NCBI GenBank assembly: GCA_048938895.1
Contig: JBHLLU010000006.1
Span: 1 to 64,000, forward strand
DNA: 64,000 bases
Reading direction: 5' to 3'
Origin: Promethearchaeota archaeon
GTDB lineage: Archaea; Asgardarchaeota; Lokiarchaeia; Sigyniarchaeales; SOKP01
The notes beneath the pieces were generated by a model. That model was not told the origin of the DNA, did not search any database, and saw only the letters and a program-made list of their open reading frames with translations. A program made the translations under genes and the position numbers. Every line of letters starts with the position of its first letter. The first letter of the stretch is position 1. Positions 50,158 to 61,001 of the stretch are shown here, piece after piece.

Positions 50158-51504
50158 ATGCCTGGGATTTTAGACGGTATAATAGTGTTAGATTTTTCGG
50201 AATACATCGCAGGTCCATACTGCGGATTCTTGTTAGCAGATTTAGGTGCCGAAGTTATAAAAATCGAACCCCCCGATGGTTCTGAAGAAAGACGATGGGG
50301 GAGATGGAAACGATATAAAGGGAATACAAGAATGGCTCTGACAGTGAATAGAGGTAAAAAAAGTCTTTGTCTCGACGTTAGAAAGGAAGAAGCAAAGAAA
50401 ATTATATACCGTATGGTTGAAAAAGCCGATATTGTAATCCAAAATTACACACCAGGAGTCGCTAAAAGACTGGGGATAGATTATGACACCTTATCAGCTA
50501 TCAACAAGGGTATAATTTTCGTCTCAAGCACCGCATTTGGTGAAACTGGGCCGTATGCATCGCGTAAAGGCTTTGATATTATTGCACATGCCGCTTCAGG
50601 TATGATGGCCGCCTATGCTGATGAAGATGGTAGACCTCGTGGACCCGGAGGAAGCCCATTTATAGATATTGGCACTGGTATGCTCAATGCTCTAAGTGCT
50701 GTATCGGCTCTGTTTGCTAGGACAAGAACCGGAGAAGGTCAAAAAATAGAAACATCTCTCTTTTGTACAGGATTAGCTTTAAGAGCTGCGGGCTTCGCAA
50801 AGATCGAAAGTCTGGATAAAGAAAAACATCAAGAGGAGTTAGATATTTTAAACAATGCTTTTCGACATGGAAAGACTCATACTGAAATTATTGACGAATT
50901 GGCTTATTTGAATCTTCGCTATGAAATGCCTAAGTCAACACGAATACTTGAAGTTCCTGACTGTAATCATAGACCTGCAGATAGATATTACCTCCCATAT
51001 TATCGGATTTATGAAACAGCAAACGGATTCATGAGTGTTGCCGCTCTCACCACTCGACAAAGAGAAGATATGTGTGAAATTATAGGTATTTATGAAAAGG
51101 GAGCTGGGGTGCCATTTAGTCAAATTGACGATGATGTTATATATGATAATCAATTATCAATGAAAGAGACATTTGAAAAACGTTTTCGAGAAAAAACAAC
51201 TGAGGAATGGATCGAAGCTTTGGAAAATGTTGGAGTGCCCTGCGGACCAGTAAATTACAGTGCAAACCTTTTTTATGATCCTCAGGTAAAGGCATTGAAT
51301 ATGATTTGGGATTTGGAAAATAGCAAGCTAGGGCCCTATCAAATGGTTGGTCACCCAATCAAATTCACGAAAAATCCTGTAAAACCCGGGAAAGGTGCCC
51401 CTACATTAGGGGAGGATACTATTTCCATCTTAGAACAGTTTGGGTATAGTAAGGATGAAATTGAGGATTTTAAAGAGAAAGCTGTTATTAAAATAGAAAA
51501 ATAG
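50158..51504 (+). CDS. family III CoA-transferase (CaiB/BaiF)
   Basis: IAGPYC..LADLGAEVIKIEPP, NRGKKS, GFD, APTLGE. Confidence 0.92.
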   Translation: MPGILDGIIVLDFSEYIAGPYCGFLLADLGAEVIKIEPPDGSEERRWGRWKRYKGNTRMALTVNRGKKSLCLDVRKEEAKKIIYRMVEKADIVIQNYTPGVAKRLGIDYDTLSAINKGIIFVSSTAFGETGPYASRKGFDIIAHAASGMMAAYADEDGRPRGPGGSPFIDIGTGMLNALSAVSALFARTRTGEGQKIETSLFCTGLALRAAGFAKIESLDKEKHQEELDILNNAFRHGKTHTEIIDELAYLNLRYEMPKSTRILEVPDCNHRPADRYYLPYYRIYETANGFMSVAALTTRQREDMCEIIGIYEKGAGVPFSQIDDDVIYDNQLSMKETFEKRFREKTTEEWIEALENVGVPCGPVNYSANLFYDPQVKALNMIWDLENSKLGPYQMVGHPIKFTKNPVKPGKGAPTLGEDTISILEQFGYSKDEIEDFKEKAVIKIEK

Positions 51505-51558
51505 AATTTTCAACTTCTCTTTTAATATCTGCTTTTGGATATCTAATTTAAAAAATTC

Positions 51559-51858
51559 TTAAATTTCTAACATACGTAATTTTTGGGATATATCCTTTCT
51601 TCTCAGAATTTTCATAAAATCATCTTTTCTCTGTTGAAGACGTGTTAGAAAAGAATCCAATTTATCAAAATTATTGAAATAATATTCTTTACCTTCCACC
51701 ATCATCTTCACACCGCGCTTTTCATTTAAAATAATAGCATAAATTCCTCCAACCTCTGAATCATGTTTAATAAAAACCTTTTCTGAATTTGGATTTTTTT
51801 CATTCCCTTTTTTTGCCCAGAAGTTATTTTTTAACAAATAAGATCGATACATTGACAT
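51559..51858 (-). CDS. hypothetical protein
   Basis: 99-aa ATG ORF in an otherwise empty interval. Confidence 0.55.
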   Translation of the reverse strand: MSMYRSYLLKNNFWAKKGNEKNPNSEKVFIKHDSEVGGIYAIILNEKRGVKMMVEGKEYYFNNFDKLDSFLTRLQQRKDDFMKILRRKDISQKLRMLEI

Positions 51859-52481
51859 TTTTCACACACAACCTTTTTTTAATTTTTTTTATGGTGAGTC
51901 ATCGAGATATGTTCAATAATATACCCGACAATACCATCGATATATAGCTCTGAGTATTATAAAATAAAGTTTAATTATAACATCGTGTAATATGCATGGA
52001 ACACAATATTACCCGAATATTACCTAACTTTATTTCTACACTACACAAGAAATTAAGATTTCAAAATTATATAAATCACAAAGTAAAAACTCCAGAAGTA
52101 TTTACTAAAAATTTTTTACTTAGGGTCATTTCAATTGGAAATTTCTTTTTATTCTGGAATATCCAGGTGCCATGATGTTTTTTAATCTAAACACCAACAT
52201 CTAAATCATATTAGTTGAATTTTAACATCGAAACCACAAAAAAATACAAAAATGGAGAGATTTCTAAAAAAAGCGACAAAAAATAATTATTTTCAATAAT
52301 GATTTTTCTAAAAAAGATACAATCTCTACAAATTTAGGAAAAAGATTGATGTTTGTTTGACTATAACGAAAAATTCAAGAAAAGACTTGATTAAAAAATG
52401 TTCAAAACAACTATTAACTAGTTAACATATGGGAGAATTTGAGTTACCTAGTAATTATGTATAGGGGTCTTTAAGCAAAAA

Positions 52482-52781
52482 ATGATATCAGAGGCTAAAT
52501 TTTTTCATAAAATTTTTGAAGAGTTTCTTTGTTTAGAAGAAAACCTACATGATAATGAGATTTGGAAATCAAATTCTATAATAAAACTTATGAAAGCTTC
52601 TCATGAAATTGAAGACAAGCACATTATTACCGAAGGATTGAAAATGATCCTTAATTTATGCAAATTTAGAGAAACCGGAGAGTTAATCGATTTTTATGAA
52701 TTAGAAAGCTATCCTATAGACAAGCTAAATAAACAAGATAAATTTCTCGTAGATTCTATCTTAAGAGCCGAATTCACTTAA
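52482..52781 (+). CDS. hypothetical helical protein
   Basis: 99-aa ATG ORF convergent on the PUA gene. Confidence 0.6.
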   Translation: MISEAKFFHKIFEEFLCLEENLHDNEIWKSNSIIKLMKASHEIEDKHIITEGLKMILNLCKFRETGELIDFYELESYPIDKLNKQDKFLVDSILRAEFT

Positions 52782-53280
52782 ATTGCTTTTCAAATTCCCA
52801 AATAGCGTCTTGAATTGTGTGAAGGTTCTTTATAACTTTCCCTGAAGTTTTTGATTCCATTTCTGCTGCATCAAACATAGCTTTTCCAACTGCTAATGCT
52901 CTATGTTTCGTTTCTTCCTCTATTTTTAAGATATCCCCTTTTTTTATAGTAGGATCGATCTTGGTGATTCCTGGTCTCATTACATCAGCCCCATTTGTAA
53001 CGTAGCGAACTGCTCCAAAATCTACTACAATTGTTTTTAATTCTACCTTATTATTTAAAAGAAAGGTTAATACTGGGATATAGCCATCCTTAGATTTCCA
53101 CAGTTTCAATTCGTTATTAACCGCGTATAACATGTCACCAGATTCCGTTTGGATAAGTTCTACCTTACTTTTTTGTGGAAAAATTTGATCGACAAAATTA
53201 TGGTCATAATGACTTAGGATTTCGTTTTTCAGATCATTTAATTCGGATTTTCGAATAAAGTGTCTTTGTTTAATTTTCAT
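52774..53280 (-). CDS. PUA-domain RNA-binding protein (MCT-1/Tma20-like)
   Basis: VVDFGAVRYVTNGADVMRPGI, GKVIKNLH..D.IW. Confidence 0.9.
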   Translation of the reverse strand: MKIKQRHFIRKSELNDLKNEILSHYDHNFVDQIFPQKSKVELIQTESGDMLYAVNNELKLWKSKDGYIPVLTFLLNNKVELKTIVVDFGAVRYVTNGADVMRPGITKIDPTIKKGDILKIEEETKHRALAVGKAMFDAAEMESKTSGKVIKNLHTIQDAIWEFEKQFK

Positions 53281-53368
53281 TATACAAATTGCATCTAGAC
53301 TTTTCTTAAATAAAAATCTTTTAATTAATTTTCATTAAAATAAAAGAAAAAATATTAATCAAAATTCA

Positions 53369-53911
53369 ATGAATAAAGTTTATAATTCTGCTGTGGTAAT
53401 AATCCCTCCTAAAGAATTGTGGGCTCCAATTCAAAAAATTCGTAAAATATATGATAGAGGATTTAACAGATGGATGCCCCATATAACATTACTTTACCCA
53501 TTCAGACCTAAAACAGAATATATTACTTTTGAACAAAAATTTATCAAGACTTGTGAAAAAATTCATCCGTTTGAATTATCTCTGAGAGGATTTAAATATT
53601 TTAGTCATGGACGTCAAAACTATACTATATGGATAGATCCACAACCTGCTGATTTAATTATCAATTTACAAGCAGAAATTCTAAAACTTGTTCCAGATTG
53701 TAATGATGTAAATAAATATAAGAGCGGTTTCAAACCACATCTAAGTGTCGGACAACTCAAAGGGAAACAAGAATTGCTTGATATTATCCCAAAATTACAG
53801 AAAAATTGGAAAGAAATCAAATTTACTCTCAACAAAATTTACTTTATCTCTCGGGAGAATACCAAAACTTCTCAATTTGAAATCTCCACTCAAATCTATT
53901 TTGAAAATTAA
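53369..53911 (+). CDS. 2H phosphoesterase / 2'-5' RNA ligase family
   Basis: Two HxT/S motifs: PHITL and PHLSV. Confidence 0.88.
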   Translation: MNKVYNSAVVIIPPKELWAPIQKIRKIYDRGFNRWMPHITLLYPFRPKTEYITFEQKFIKTCEKIHPFELSLRGFKYFSHGRQNYTIWIDPQPADLIINLQAEILKLVPDCNDVNKYKSGFKPHLSVGQLKGKQELLDIIPKLQKNWKEIKFTLNKIYFISRENTKTSQFEISTQIYFEN

Positions 53912-55553
53912 AGGAAAGTTTTGTTAAGCAAATCTTCTAGTAAAGGGTAATTAGTTAATTGAATTTCTTCATGGGTTTTATAAAAGTTATTTAAAGTTTG
54001 CCAAATAGAATCTATATTACTTAATTCCCTAATAAAATGTCTTAATTTCTGTTTTGCAAGGTAAGATTGACCCTTAAATAAATAGCACACTGAAAAAGAA
54101 TTTATACGACTCATAATAATCGTATATTCCCCAAATTTTGCTCTGTCTAACCCTTCGGAGAAGATTTCATTACTAAATAAATTAAATGCAGTTAAAAAAC
54201 TACCAATGATATCCTCTTCAATTGTTAATCCTTGAGTGAATGTCTTGGAAAACAAAGGTAATCCACCTTCAGATATAATTAAAAGAAGGACTGGAATTTC
54301 GGATTCTACATTTGGTGTGTGTACAGCATGCTTTTTCAGCATATTTTCCATATAATCATTTATATGAACCATTTCTAGAAGTTGATCTATAGAAGCTTTC
54401 AAATCCTTTAGATTATCCCAAATACTAAGTTGCTTAAGTAACTCATCATGTTCATTTGAAATTATAACTGCTAGTCTATTAAGTTTAAATTTTTCAGCTA
54501 AATATTGTGCTTGGGATAATATTTGCCGCGCTTTCTTAAGATCTAAAGTCAATAATGCTAATTTAGCGTTTAAAATATAAGCTTCGACTTGAATCCAGTA
54601 AGAATCTTGATCTTATGCCATATCTGATAATCTAGTTATTAAAAGTTGTATCTCCTCCAGAATTTCACTATCTTTTGTAATTTGTAATTCACTTAGAAGC
54701 AATTCACAAAGGTTAATAAGTGCCTTAACAGAAGATTCAAAATGGATAACATGTTCTTCAATGATTTTTCTCAGTATATCTTCAGCTTTTACTCGATTTC
54801 TTAATCGAGGGCTTGATTTTAAGACATATGCATAACCTTCCCGATAAAATAGATCAATTAGTTCATTCTCTTCTTGATTATTAAGCTGCTCTAAGCGCAA
54901 CAAACAACTTTTAGCTAATTCTATATTACCCATTTCAAGAGCAATATCCAATGTTGTACTAAGCCCAAAAGCTAAGCCTACTACACTCTTATTAGATAAG
55001 AATTTATTATAAAATGTTATACAACGCTTTCCATATATTAATGCTTGATCTAAATCGCCTAATATACGATACCGTTCTGCAAGATTGTTAAGACTTGTTG
55101 AAATTAATCGTAAATCGTTAATTTCTTCAGCAATTAATATAGCTTCTTCTTGATATTTTAGTGATTCTCTTTCATCGCCTTTAAAAACAAAAACATTTCC
55201 TTTTAATCTTGTTAAACGAAATCTTCGCATTTTTCAATTTTTTCAAGACTTTTGTCTAGTTTTCCTAACATTTGTAGTGAACGAGCTTGTATTAAAAGAG
55301 CGTCGAATGAATGAAATTTAATATTTAAACGTTTAGCTTCTTCATATCCTATCTCAGCGAGTTTAATCGATTCATTATAATTTCCTAGGCATCCTAAACA
55401 ATCACTCTTTATTATTTGGAAAGCATTTTGCTCTACCTCTGTTAGATTTCCTCTCTCTTCAACTTTTTGAATAATTTGAAGAGCCTCGTTAAGATTTCCT
55501 TCATTGAAAAAATTACGGGCATCAGTTAACTCTTGAGATTCGGAAAAGAGCAT
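53908..55553 (-). pseudogene. disrupted TPR-repeat protein with C-terminal longin-like domain
   Basis: Three fragments. Frameshift/deletion near 55212-55230; in-frame TAA at 54613-54615, after which the frame continues DQDSYWIQVEAYILNAKLALLTLDLKKAR into the 53908-54552 fragment (LLIISEGGLPLFS..IGSFLTAF). Confidence 0.78.
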
Positions 55554-55835
55554 ATTTTCATCAGAATTAAATTTTAATTAAGAAACTCAAGTTTATCTAA
55601 CTTTTGAAATGAGATTTCTAAATATATAATATAAAGAAAGAACTCATCTTTATTTAAAAGATTTACTGAGAAGTAATTGTTTCCAATGAGTAATTTGATT
55701 TTAAGAACCGAAAGATTGAATTGTAAAATTCTTAATGAAATTCCCTATAAAAAAGAATAATTAACATTTTTATATCCGAATTTCATTAATTAATTAATTA
55801 CAAACCGAAAATTATTTTCTGGAAAATTTGGCATC

Positions 55836-56417
55836 ATGAATGATAAAAATAAATCTGACGAAAATTTGGTGTTTCATGACCGATCTGAGATGATATTTAA
55901 GATAATTGTTATAGGAGACCCAGCGGTTGGTAAAACGAGTCTGTTGACTAATTTCTGTGGCGATAAGTTTCAATATGAATATGTTCCTACTGTAGGTGTT
56001 AATATTACCAAAGAGAAAGTCACTGTTAAGAACGACATGGGCAAGGACACAAATATAAGTCTTATGGTATGGGATGTAGCAGGTCAACCTCAATTTTATA
56101 TGCTCCACCGACCCTACTTTAACGGTGCCGATGGAATGATACTAGTCTATGACGTTACTCGGTCAAGTTCATTCTCAAATATAAACAATTGGTATTCAAC
56201 TGCCGTCAAATATGGACTTTCTGGTATTCCCCGTATTCTAATTGGTAATAAAATTGATTTAAAGGATGAAAAAAAGATTATTCTTCCAATGGCTGAACAT
56301 TTAAGCCAAAAACTCAATGCGCCATTTTTTGAAACCTCTGCATTAACAGGAGAGAATGTTTCTGAAATTTTCCATAAAATCGGAGAATTGACACTTCTTT
56401 CAAAACTACAAGAATAA
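55836..56417 (+). CDS. Rab-like small GTPase
   Basis: GDPAVGKT, PTVG, WDVAGQ, GNKID, ETSA; no C-terminal prenylation Cys. Confidence 0.93.
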   Translation: MNDKNKSDENLVFHDRSEMIFKIIVIGDPAVGKTSLLTNFCGDKFQYEYVPTVGVNITKEKVTVKNDMGKDTNISLMVWDVAGQPQFYMLHRPYFNGADGMILVYDVTRSSSFSNINNWYSTAVKYGLSGIPRILIGNKIDLKDEKKIILPMAEHLSQKLNAPFFETSALTGENVSEIFHKIGELTLLSKLQE

Positions 56418-56517
56418 TTTTTTTATAATTGTCACTCCTTGCTTCAACCGTAAGCTAAATATAGTAGCTAGACATATTTAGAATCAGTAATAATTTTTTT
56501 GAGGAGGAGATTAATTT

Positions 56518-56808
56518 TTGAAAATCCAAGAAGAAGATTTATTAGAGGCTAGAGTTCGCAAGTTAGAAATGATTGAGGATGTTTATGTAGTCACCACATT
56601 TTTTATCATGATTGCACTAATTTTTTTGGCTACATATACAATTCCTGACCTTTTGGATATCATTAGGTCAGATCGAGCTATTATTTTCAATTTAAATGAA
56701 ATTGTAAAAATTATATTAGTGTATTTGATTATTTTAATTGAGATAATTGGATTTTTTGTAATTCGAAGTTATAATCGAAAAGTTAAAAAGGAAAAAGATA
56801 AAAAATAG
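56518..56808 (+). CDS. small two-TM membrane protein
   Basis: Two hydrophobic segments, basic tail, GAGGAGG RBS. Confidence 0.65.
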   Translation: MKIQEEDLLEARVRKLEMIEDVYVVTTFFIMIALIFLATYTIPDLLDIIRSDRAIIFNLNEIVKIILVYLIILIEIIGFFVIRSYNRKVKKEKDKK

Positions 56809-56822
56809 CTTTCAAATAAACA

Positions 56823-57386
56823 TTATCCCTTTACAGTTAATTTGTTAATCCAAAAATTGATTTTTTCTTTTAATTCTTCTTTTATTTCTTCTGGAAGAGA
56901 TGCTAGCACTTTCAATTTATTATTAAACTGACCAATTTCATAAAGAATCCTATGTCCTCCTGTAAACTCATAGATCTCCTGTTTTAGATTTTTTAATATA
57001 ATGACAACAGTTTGAGGATCATCATTCTCATCTAAATAATCCATTAAACTTCTAAACTCATCTACTATTGATATTTTTCTGTCTGTTGCGGATATGTTAC
57101 GCTCAACAGTTTCAGCTTCCACTTCCTTTGGTTGGGATGAAATGTTAGATCTTTGAATTAATGTTCTGATTAAATCGAGTTCTGCTTCCAGAATCTTTTG
57201 ATTTTCAATAACATTAGTGAGTTGCGGTAATAATGCTTTTACATCAATTGTAGCCTTGCTTAATTCATCAACTTTTTCAGTAAGCATATTTAACTTTAAA
57301 TTAGTTTGACCTAACTTTGTTATTATATCAAGGCCAAATTTCTCAAGGATTGATGCAAATTTTTCAATTTCTTCTGAAGGACTCAT
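56823..57386 (-). CDS. hypothetical coiled-coil protein
   Basis: N-terminal heptad pattern plus helical C-terminal domain. Confidence 0.65.
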   Translation of the reverse strand: MSPSEEIEKFASILEKFGLDIITKLGQTNLKLNMLTEKVDELSKATIDVKALLPQLTNVIENQKILEAELDLIRTLIQRSNISSQPKEVEAETVERNISATDRKISIVDEFRSLMDYLDENDDPQTVVIILKNLKQEIYEFTGGHRILYEIGQFNNKLKVLASLPEEIKEELKEKINFWINKLTVKG

Positions 57387-57528
57387 TACGTTTCCCCCTT
57401 AAGATTTAAGTTGCATAAAGATATTTAATGATTAAAAAAGAGTGCTTTTACAAAAACTATTTTTTATCGAAATTTATTATTTAATTATTTAATTAATAAT
57501 CATAATGGTATTATAAAAAACTTCTGAA

Positions 57529-58419
57529 GTGGAAAACTTGATTCAGTACATAAACATTCTTACTAAAGATGGGAAATCCTTACTTTTCAGGAATTACGGA
57601 ACTTCTGAAGTAGACAGAGATTTATTAGCTGGATTCTTAAGTGCTTTTTCAGGTTTTATGAAAGAAATTAGCCAGAGTGATATTAAAAGTACTCAGACCG
57701 AGGATTTCAAGTATTTTTATACAATTATTGATACCATTATCATTGTAGTTTGTACTGATTTAGAGGATGATGATTCCACTATTAATTCTAAAATCTTGAG
57801 TATTAGAACGAGATTTGTTGAACAATATGGTAAACTGCTTGAGGATGGTAGTTGGGCAGGAAATCGTACTCTTTTTTATGACTTTGAAAAGGAATTAGAT
57901 AATCTTATCCTTGGAGCGATTAAGATTTCTATCCTTGGCTTCCCAGAAGTTGGAAAAACTACATTAACAAAATTAATATGTGGAAAGGATGTTGATCTTG
58001 AGTACGTACCTACAATTACAGCAGATATTGCTTCCTATGATGGAGATGAATTCGAGCGATCCATTACTTTATGGGATTTCGCAGGTCAAGCTCAATTTAG
58101 ATCATTATGGAAAAGCCTTTTAGAGGGTTCAGATATTTGCATTTTAGTGACTGATTCTACATATGAAAATATAAATGGTTCTAAAGAAATCATTTATGAT
58201 ATATTGGATAAATATTATCAAAATAAATTAGTAATTGGTATTGCAAATAAGCAAGACTTGCCAAATCGGCTTTCACCTGAATTTTGCGAAAGGATATTAT
58301 CTAGTGAAAAACGAGTTATCAAAACCCATGGAATGATCGCAATTGAACCAATGTATCGAGAAAAAATTTTGGCTATATTAAAAGAAGCAATAAAAGAAAT
58401 CTCAGTAGTTAGTGACTAA
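57529..58419 (+). CDS. longin-domain/small GTPase fusion
   Basis: N-terminal INILTKDGKSLL..DRDLLAGFLSAF; GFPEVGKT, WDFAGQ, ANKQD. Confidence 0.88.
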   Translation: MENLIQYINILTKDGKSLLFRNYGTSEVDRDLLAGFLSAFSGFMKEISQSDIKSTQTEDFKYFYTIIDTIIIVVCTDLEDDDSTINSKILSIRTRFVEQYGKLLEDGSWAGNRTLFYDFEKELDNLILGAIKISILGFPEVGKTTLTKLICGKDVDLEYVPTITADIASYDGDEFERSITLWDFAGQAQFRSLWKSLLEGSDICILVTDSTYENINGSKEIIYDILDKYYQNKLVIGIANKQDLPNRLSPEFCERILSSEKRVIKTHGMIAIEPMYREKILAILKEAIKEISVVSD

Positions 58420-58497
58420 TTTATAGCTATAAATCATATTTTATAATCATAATCATTTTAAGATTTTCAAACCTTTTTCCAATTATTAAATTAAATT

Positions 58498-60255
58498 TTG
58501 GCGATTTACTTGATCGAATTAATAATAGAAGATATTAAATTAGAGGATTCAGAAGGAAACACTGAAATTATCAAATTACCTGAACTAACTGAAGAGGAAA
58601 GAAATATTATTGATCCGATTATTGCTCCTACATCAGGTTTGAGAATTCAAATTTGTGATGTAATTGAAGAAAACAAGAAATATTTTATCCCAAATAGAAA
58701 ATTATTTCTGTTTCTAAGAGTCTTTAAAGCGATCAGTCAATATTATATTGAAGAAATAAGAAATCAAAATTTAAAGATACTAATTGTAACTGACGATCGT
58801 CCAAGTAGACATTTATTGTTAAAATATTGTTCTCAAATTTTTGCTTATGACGGGTTTAAAATATACTATCAACAAGATTCTCCTAATGAATCAAGAGTAT
58901 CTTCCCCATATGGGGCTGCATCTGTTGCCTTATATGATGATATCGATCTTCTCATTGTACTTACTGCAAGCCATAATGATTTATCCTGGAATGGAATTAA
59001 GTTTTATATTGAATACCCAATGCCTATGTCTGGTAAAATATTCCAAGAAATCTCTAAAAAAGCCTTAACTTATAAGGAAATCTTTCTAAAAACAGATTTT
59101 GAAGCTATCCAAATTGAAGCTATAAACAAAAACAATGAATATGTGAAGAAATTAGTATCAGAAGTAATAGAAATTAAAAGCATTAAAGGTAAAAATATTG
59201 TAATTTGGCCTTATTTAGGTAAAGCCCGAGGAATTGTTGATTTATTCAAAGAATATGGAGCAAATGTGATATTAATTGAAGAGGAAATTAATCCCCCTAA
59301 TCCTATCAAAGTCATTTTTGAAGATACATTACAGAAGATTATGAGCCAAAATAATTCTATTCTTGCACTCCTCTTAGATGCTGATAGAGATAGAATTGCT
59401 TTGTACGTAAAACAAAATGGAAAATATTATACCTATATCCCAAATGAAATATATTCAGCAATGCATACTATCTTAGCTAAGGAATTTAATAAAAAAATTA
59501 TAAATGTAAGAACTATTCCAAGCGATTTACGCGGAGATCATGCAAGTTATATTAACATTTTGACTGGTGTAGGATATAAACATATAGGAGTTATTATGTA
59601 TTTCTTATTTGGTATAGCGGTAGAGCAGTCAAAAATTGATACAGCAATACTGTACTATGAGGATCAAAGTAAAAATTTGATCAAAATAAATAATCCGATA
59701 CCTTTAAGGCAAGAAATAATAGATTTGATGAATCTTGAAGATAAAAATAGCGAAAAGTTTTTAGCTGTATATTGGGAAGAGTCTGGTGGTCATACTTTAA
59801 ATATAGTAAACGTTTCAAAGGATCCAGTAAATGGCACCTTTAGTTTCTCTACAAATTTACCTATTATTGCTGATAAATACCCTGTTCCTGCATTAGTTCT
59901 TATAACAGAACTAATTTGTCGAGGATTTACTATTTCAGAATCAATAGATTGGTCAATTATGGGAATAAATAGAACAATTCCAGCTATTGATGAAGAAAAA
60001 GTTGAGATTATGGAGAAGTTTAAAAAATTTGATGGGAAAACTATTTGCATTGATAATAAAGAATATAAAGTCCATGCATTATCGGATAATAACGATATGA
60101 TAGATATCTATCAACTTAAAAGTACTGATTCAACACTTTATTTTCGTCCCAGTGGAACAGGTCCAGAAGTGAGATTCTATATTTTTGGAAAACGAGAAAC
60201 TCATTTAGAGGAAATAAAAAAAGTAATGGATTATATCAATAGTAATTTCAAGTAA
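58498..60255 (+). CDS. divergent alpha-D-phosphohexomutase (PGM/PMM family)
   Basis: D.RPS, TASHND..NGIK, DADRDR, GVGYK, EESGG, RPSGTGP. Confidence 0.85.
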   Translation: MAIYLIELIIEDIKLEDSEGNTEIIKLPELTEEERNIIDPIIAPTSGLRIQICDVIEENKKYFIPNRKLFLFLRVFKAISQYYIEEIRNQNLKILIVTDDRPSRHLLLKYCSQIFAYDGFKIYYQQDSPNESRVSSPYGAASVALYDDIDLLIVLTASHNDLSWNGIKFYIEYPMPMSGKIFQEISKKALTYKEIFLKTDFEAIQIEAINKNNEYVKKLVSEVIEIKSIKGKNIVIWPYLGKARGIVDLFKEYGANVILIEEEINPPNPIKVIFEDTLQKIMSQNNSILALLLDADRDRIALYVKQNGKYYTYIPNEIYSAMHTILAKEFNKKIINVRTIPSDLRGDHASYINILTGVGYKHIGVIMYFLFGIAVEQSKIDTAILYYEDQSKNLIKINNPIPLRQEIIDLMNLEDKNSEKFLAVYWEESGGHTLNIVNVSKDPVNGTFSFSTNLPIIADKYPVPALVLITELICRGFTISESIDWSIMGINRTIPAIDEEKVEIMEKFKKFDGKTICIDNKEYKVHALSDNNDMIDIYQLKSTDSTLYFRPSGTGPEVRFYIFGKRETHLEEIKKVMDYINSNFK

Positions 60256-60313
60256 AATCACATTAAATTTCGGAATCGACATATTTAAATATGATTATAT
60301 TTTTATTATATAT

Positions 60314-60352
60314 AAAATATCGATATGTCAAATAAAGACATGTTGATATTTT
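60314..60352. promoter_or_regulatory. inverted repeat, candidate PadR operator
   Basis: AAAATATCGATATGTC-N7-GACATGTTGATATTTT (14/16), just upstream of the PadR gene. Confidence 0.55.
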
Positions 60353-60366
60353 AGGGGTTAACAGTT

Positions 60367-60927
60367 ATGAGTACGGATAAATTTGTCGAAAATATAGAAC
60401 AATCTATGAAAAGTGGGTATATCAGCATGCTTATTTTGTTAGCTCTTGAAAAAGAGAAAGAGGCAAATGGTTATAAGCTCATGAAATTGATATCTGAAGA
60501 TACATTTGGTGAATGGCGTCCAACCAATTCCACTATATATCCTTATCTTTCCAACCTTACAGACAGAGGATTAATTCATTATAAAACGAGGAAACAAGGT
60601 GAAAGAGAAAGTAAAGAATATTCCTTGACAATGAAAGGCAAGAAGATCTTAAAAATGTTAGTAGAAAAGCAACAAGAAATGAATATAACCTTGTTTAGCT
60701 TCATATCAAATGTTATTGATATAAAAACTCTTCCTATTCGTTTATTCAACTTTTTTGACCAATCCTTTAATGAAAATATGTTAATGGGTAAATCTGATAA
60801 AGAAAAAATCGAAATTCTTAATAGACGACTTGAAATATTAAATTTTATCTTGGATATTATTGGGAAGAATAAAGTTGAAATGAAGAAAGAATTAGAAATT
60901 CTCAAGGGTAAAACTCCTGAGAACTAA
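60367..60927 (+). CDS. PadR family transcriptional regulator
   Basis: LILLAL..GYKL..TIYPYL..L..RGLI..K.YSLT.KG. Confidence 0.88.
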   Translation: MSTDKFVENIEQSMKSGYISMLILLALEKEKEANGYKLMKLISEDTFGEWRPTNSTIYPYLSNLTDRGLIHYKTRKQGERESKEYSLTMKGKKILKMLVEKQQEMNITLFSFISNVIDIKTLPIRLFNFFDQSFNENMLMGKSDKEKIEILNRRLEILNFILDIIGKNKVEMKKELEILKGKTPEN

Positions 60928-61001
60928 ATTGTGAGGAGATTACCTTCCTCAGATTTATACAAAAAAAATCTAATAAAAAAAGAAAAAGAGTAAAGAAGAA
61001 C

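Noticed and set aside
54613-54615. In-frame stop as possible Sec/Pyl recoding
   Set aside because: The codon is TAA, not TGA or TAG, and the gene has a second lesion.
1871-60905. Numerous 60-125-aa ORFs nested in or antisense to motif-bearing genes (e.g. 4625-4996, 8264-8587, 26410-26718, 55812-56108)
   Set aside because: Fully overlapped by well-supported genes and lacking motifs.
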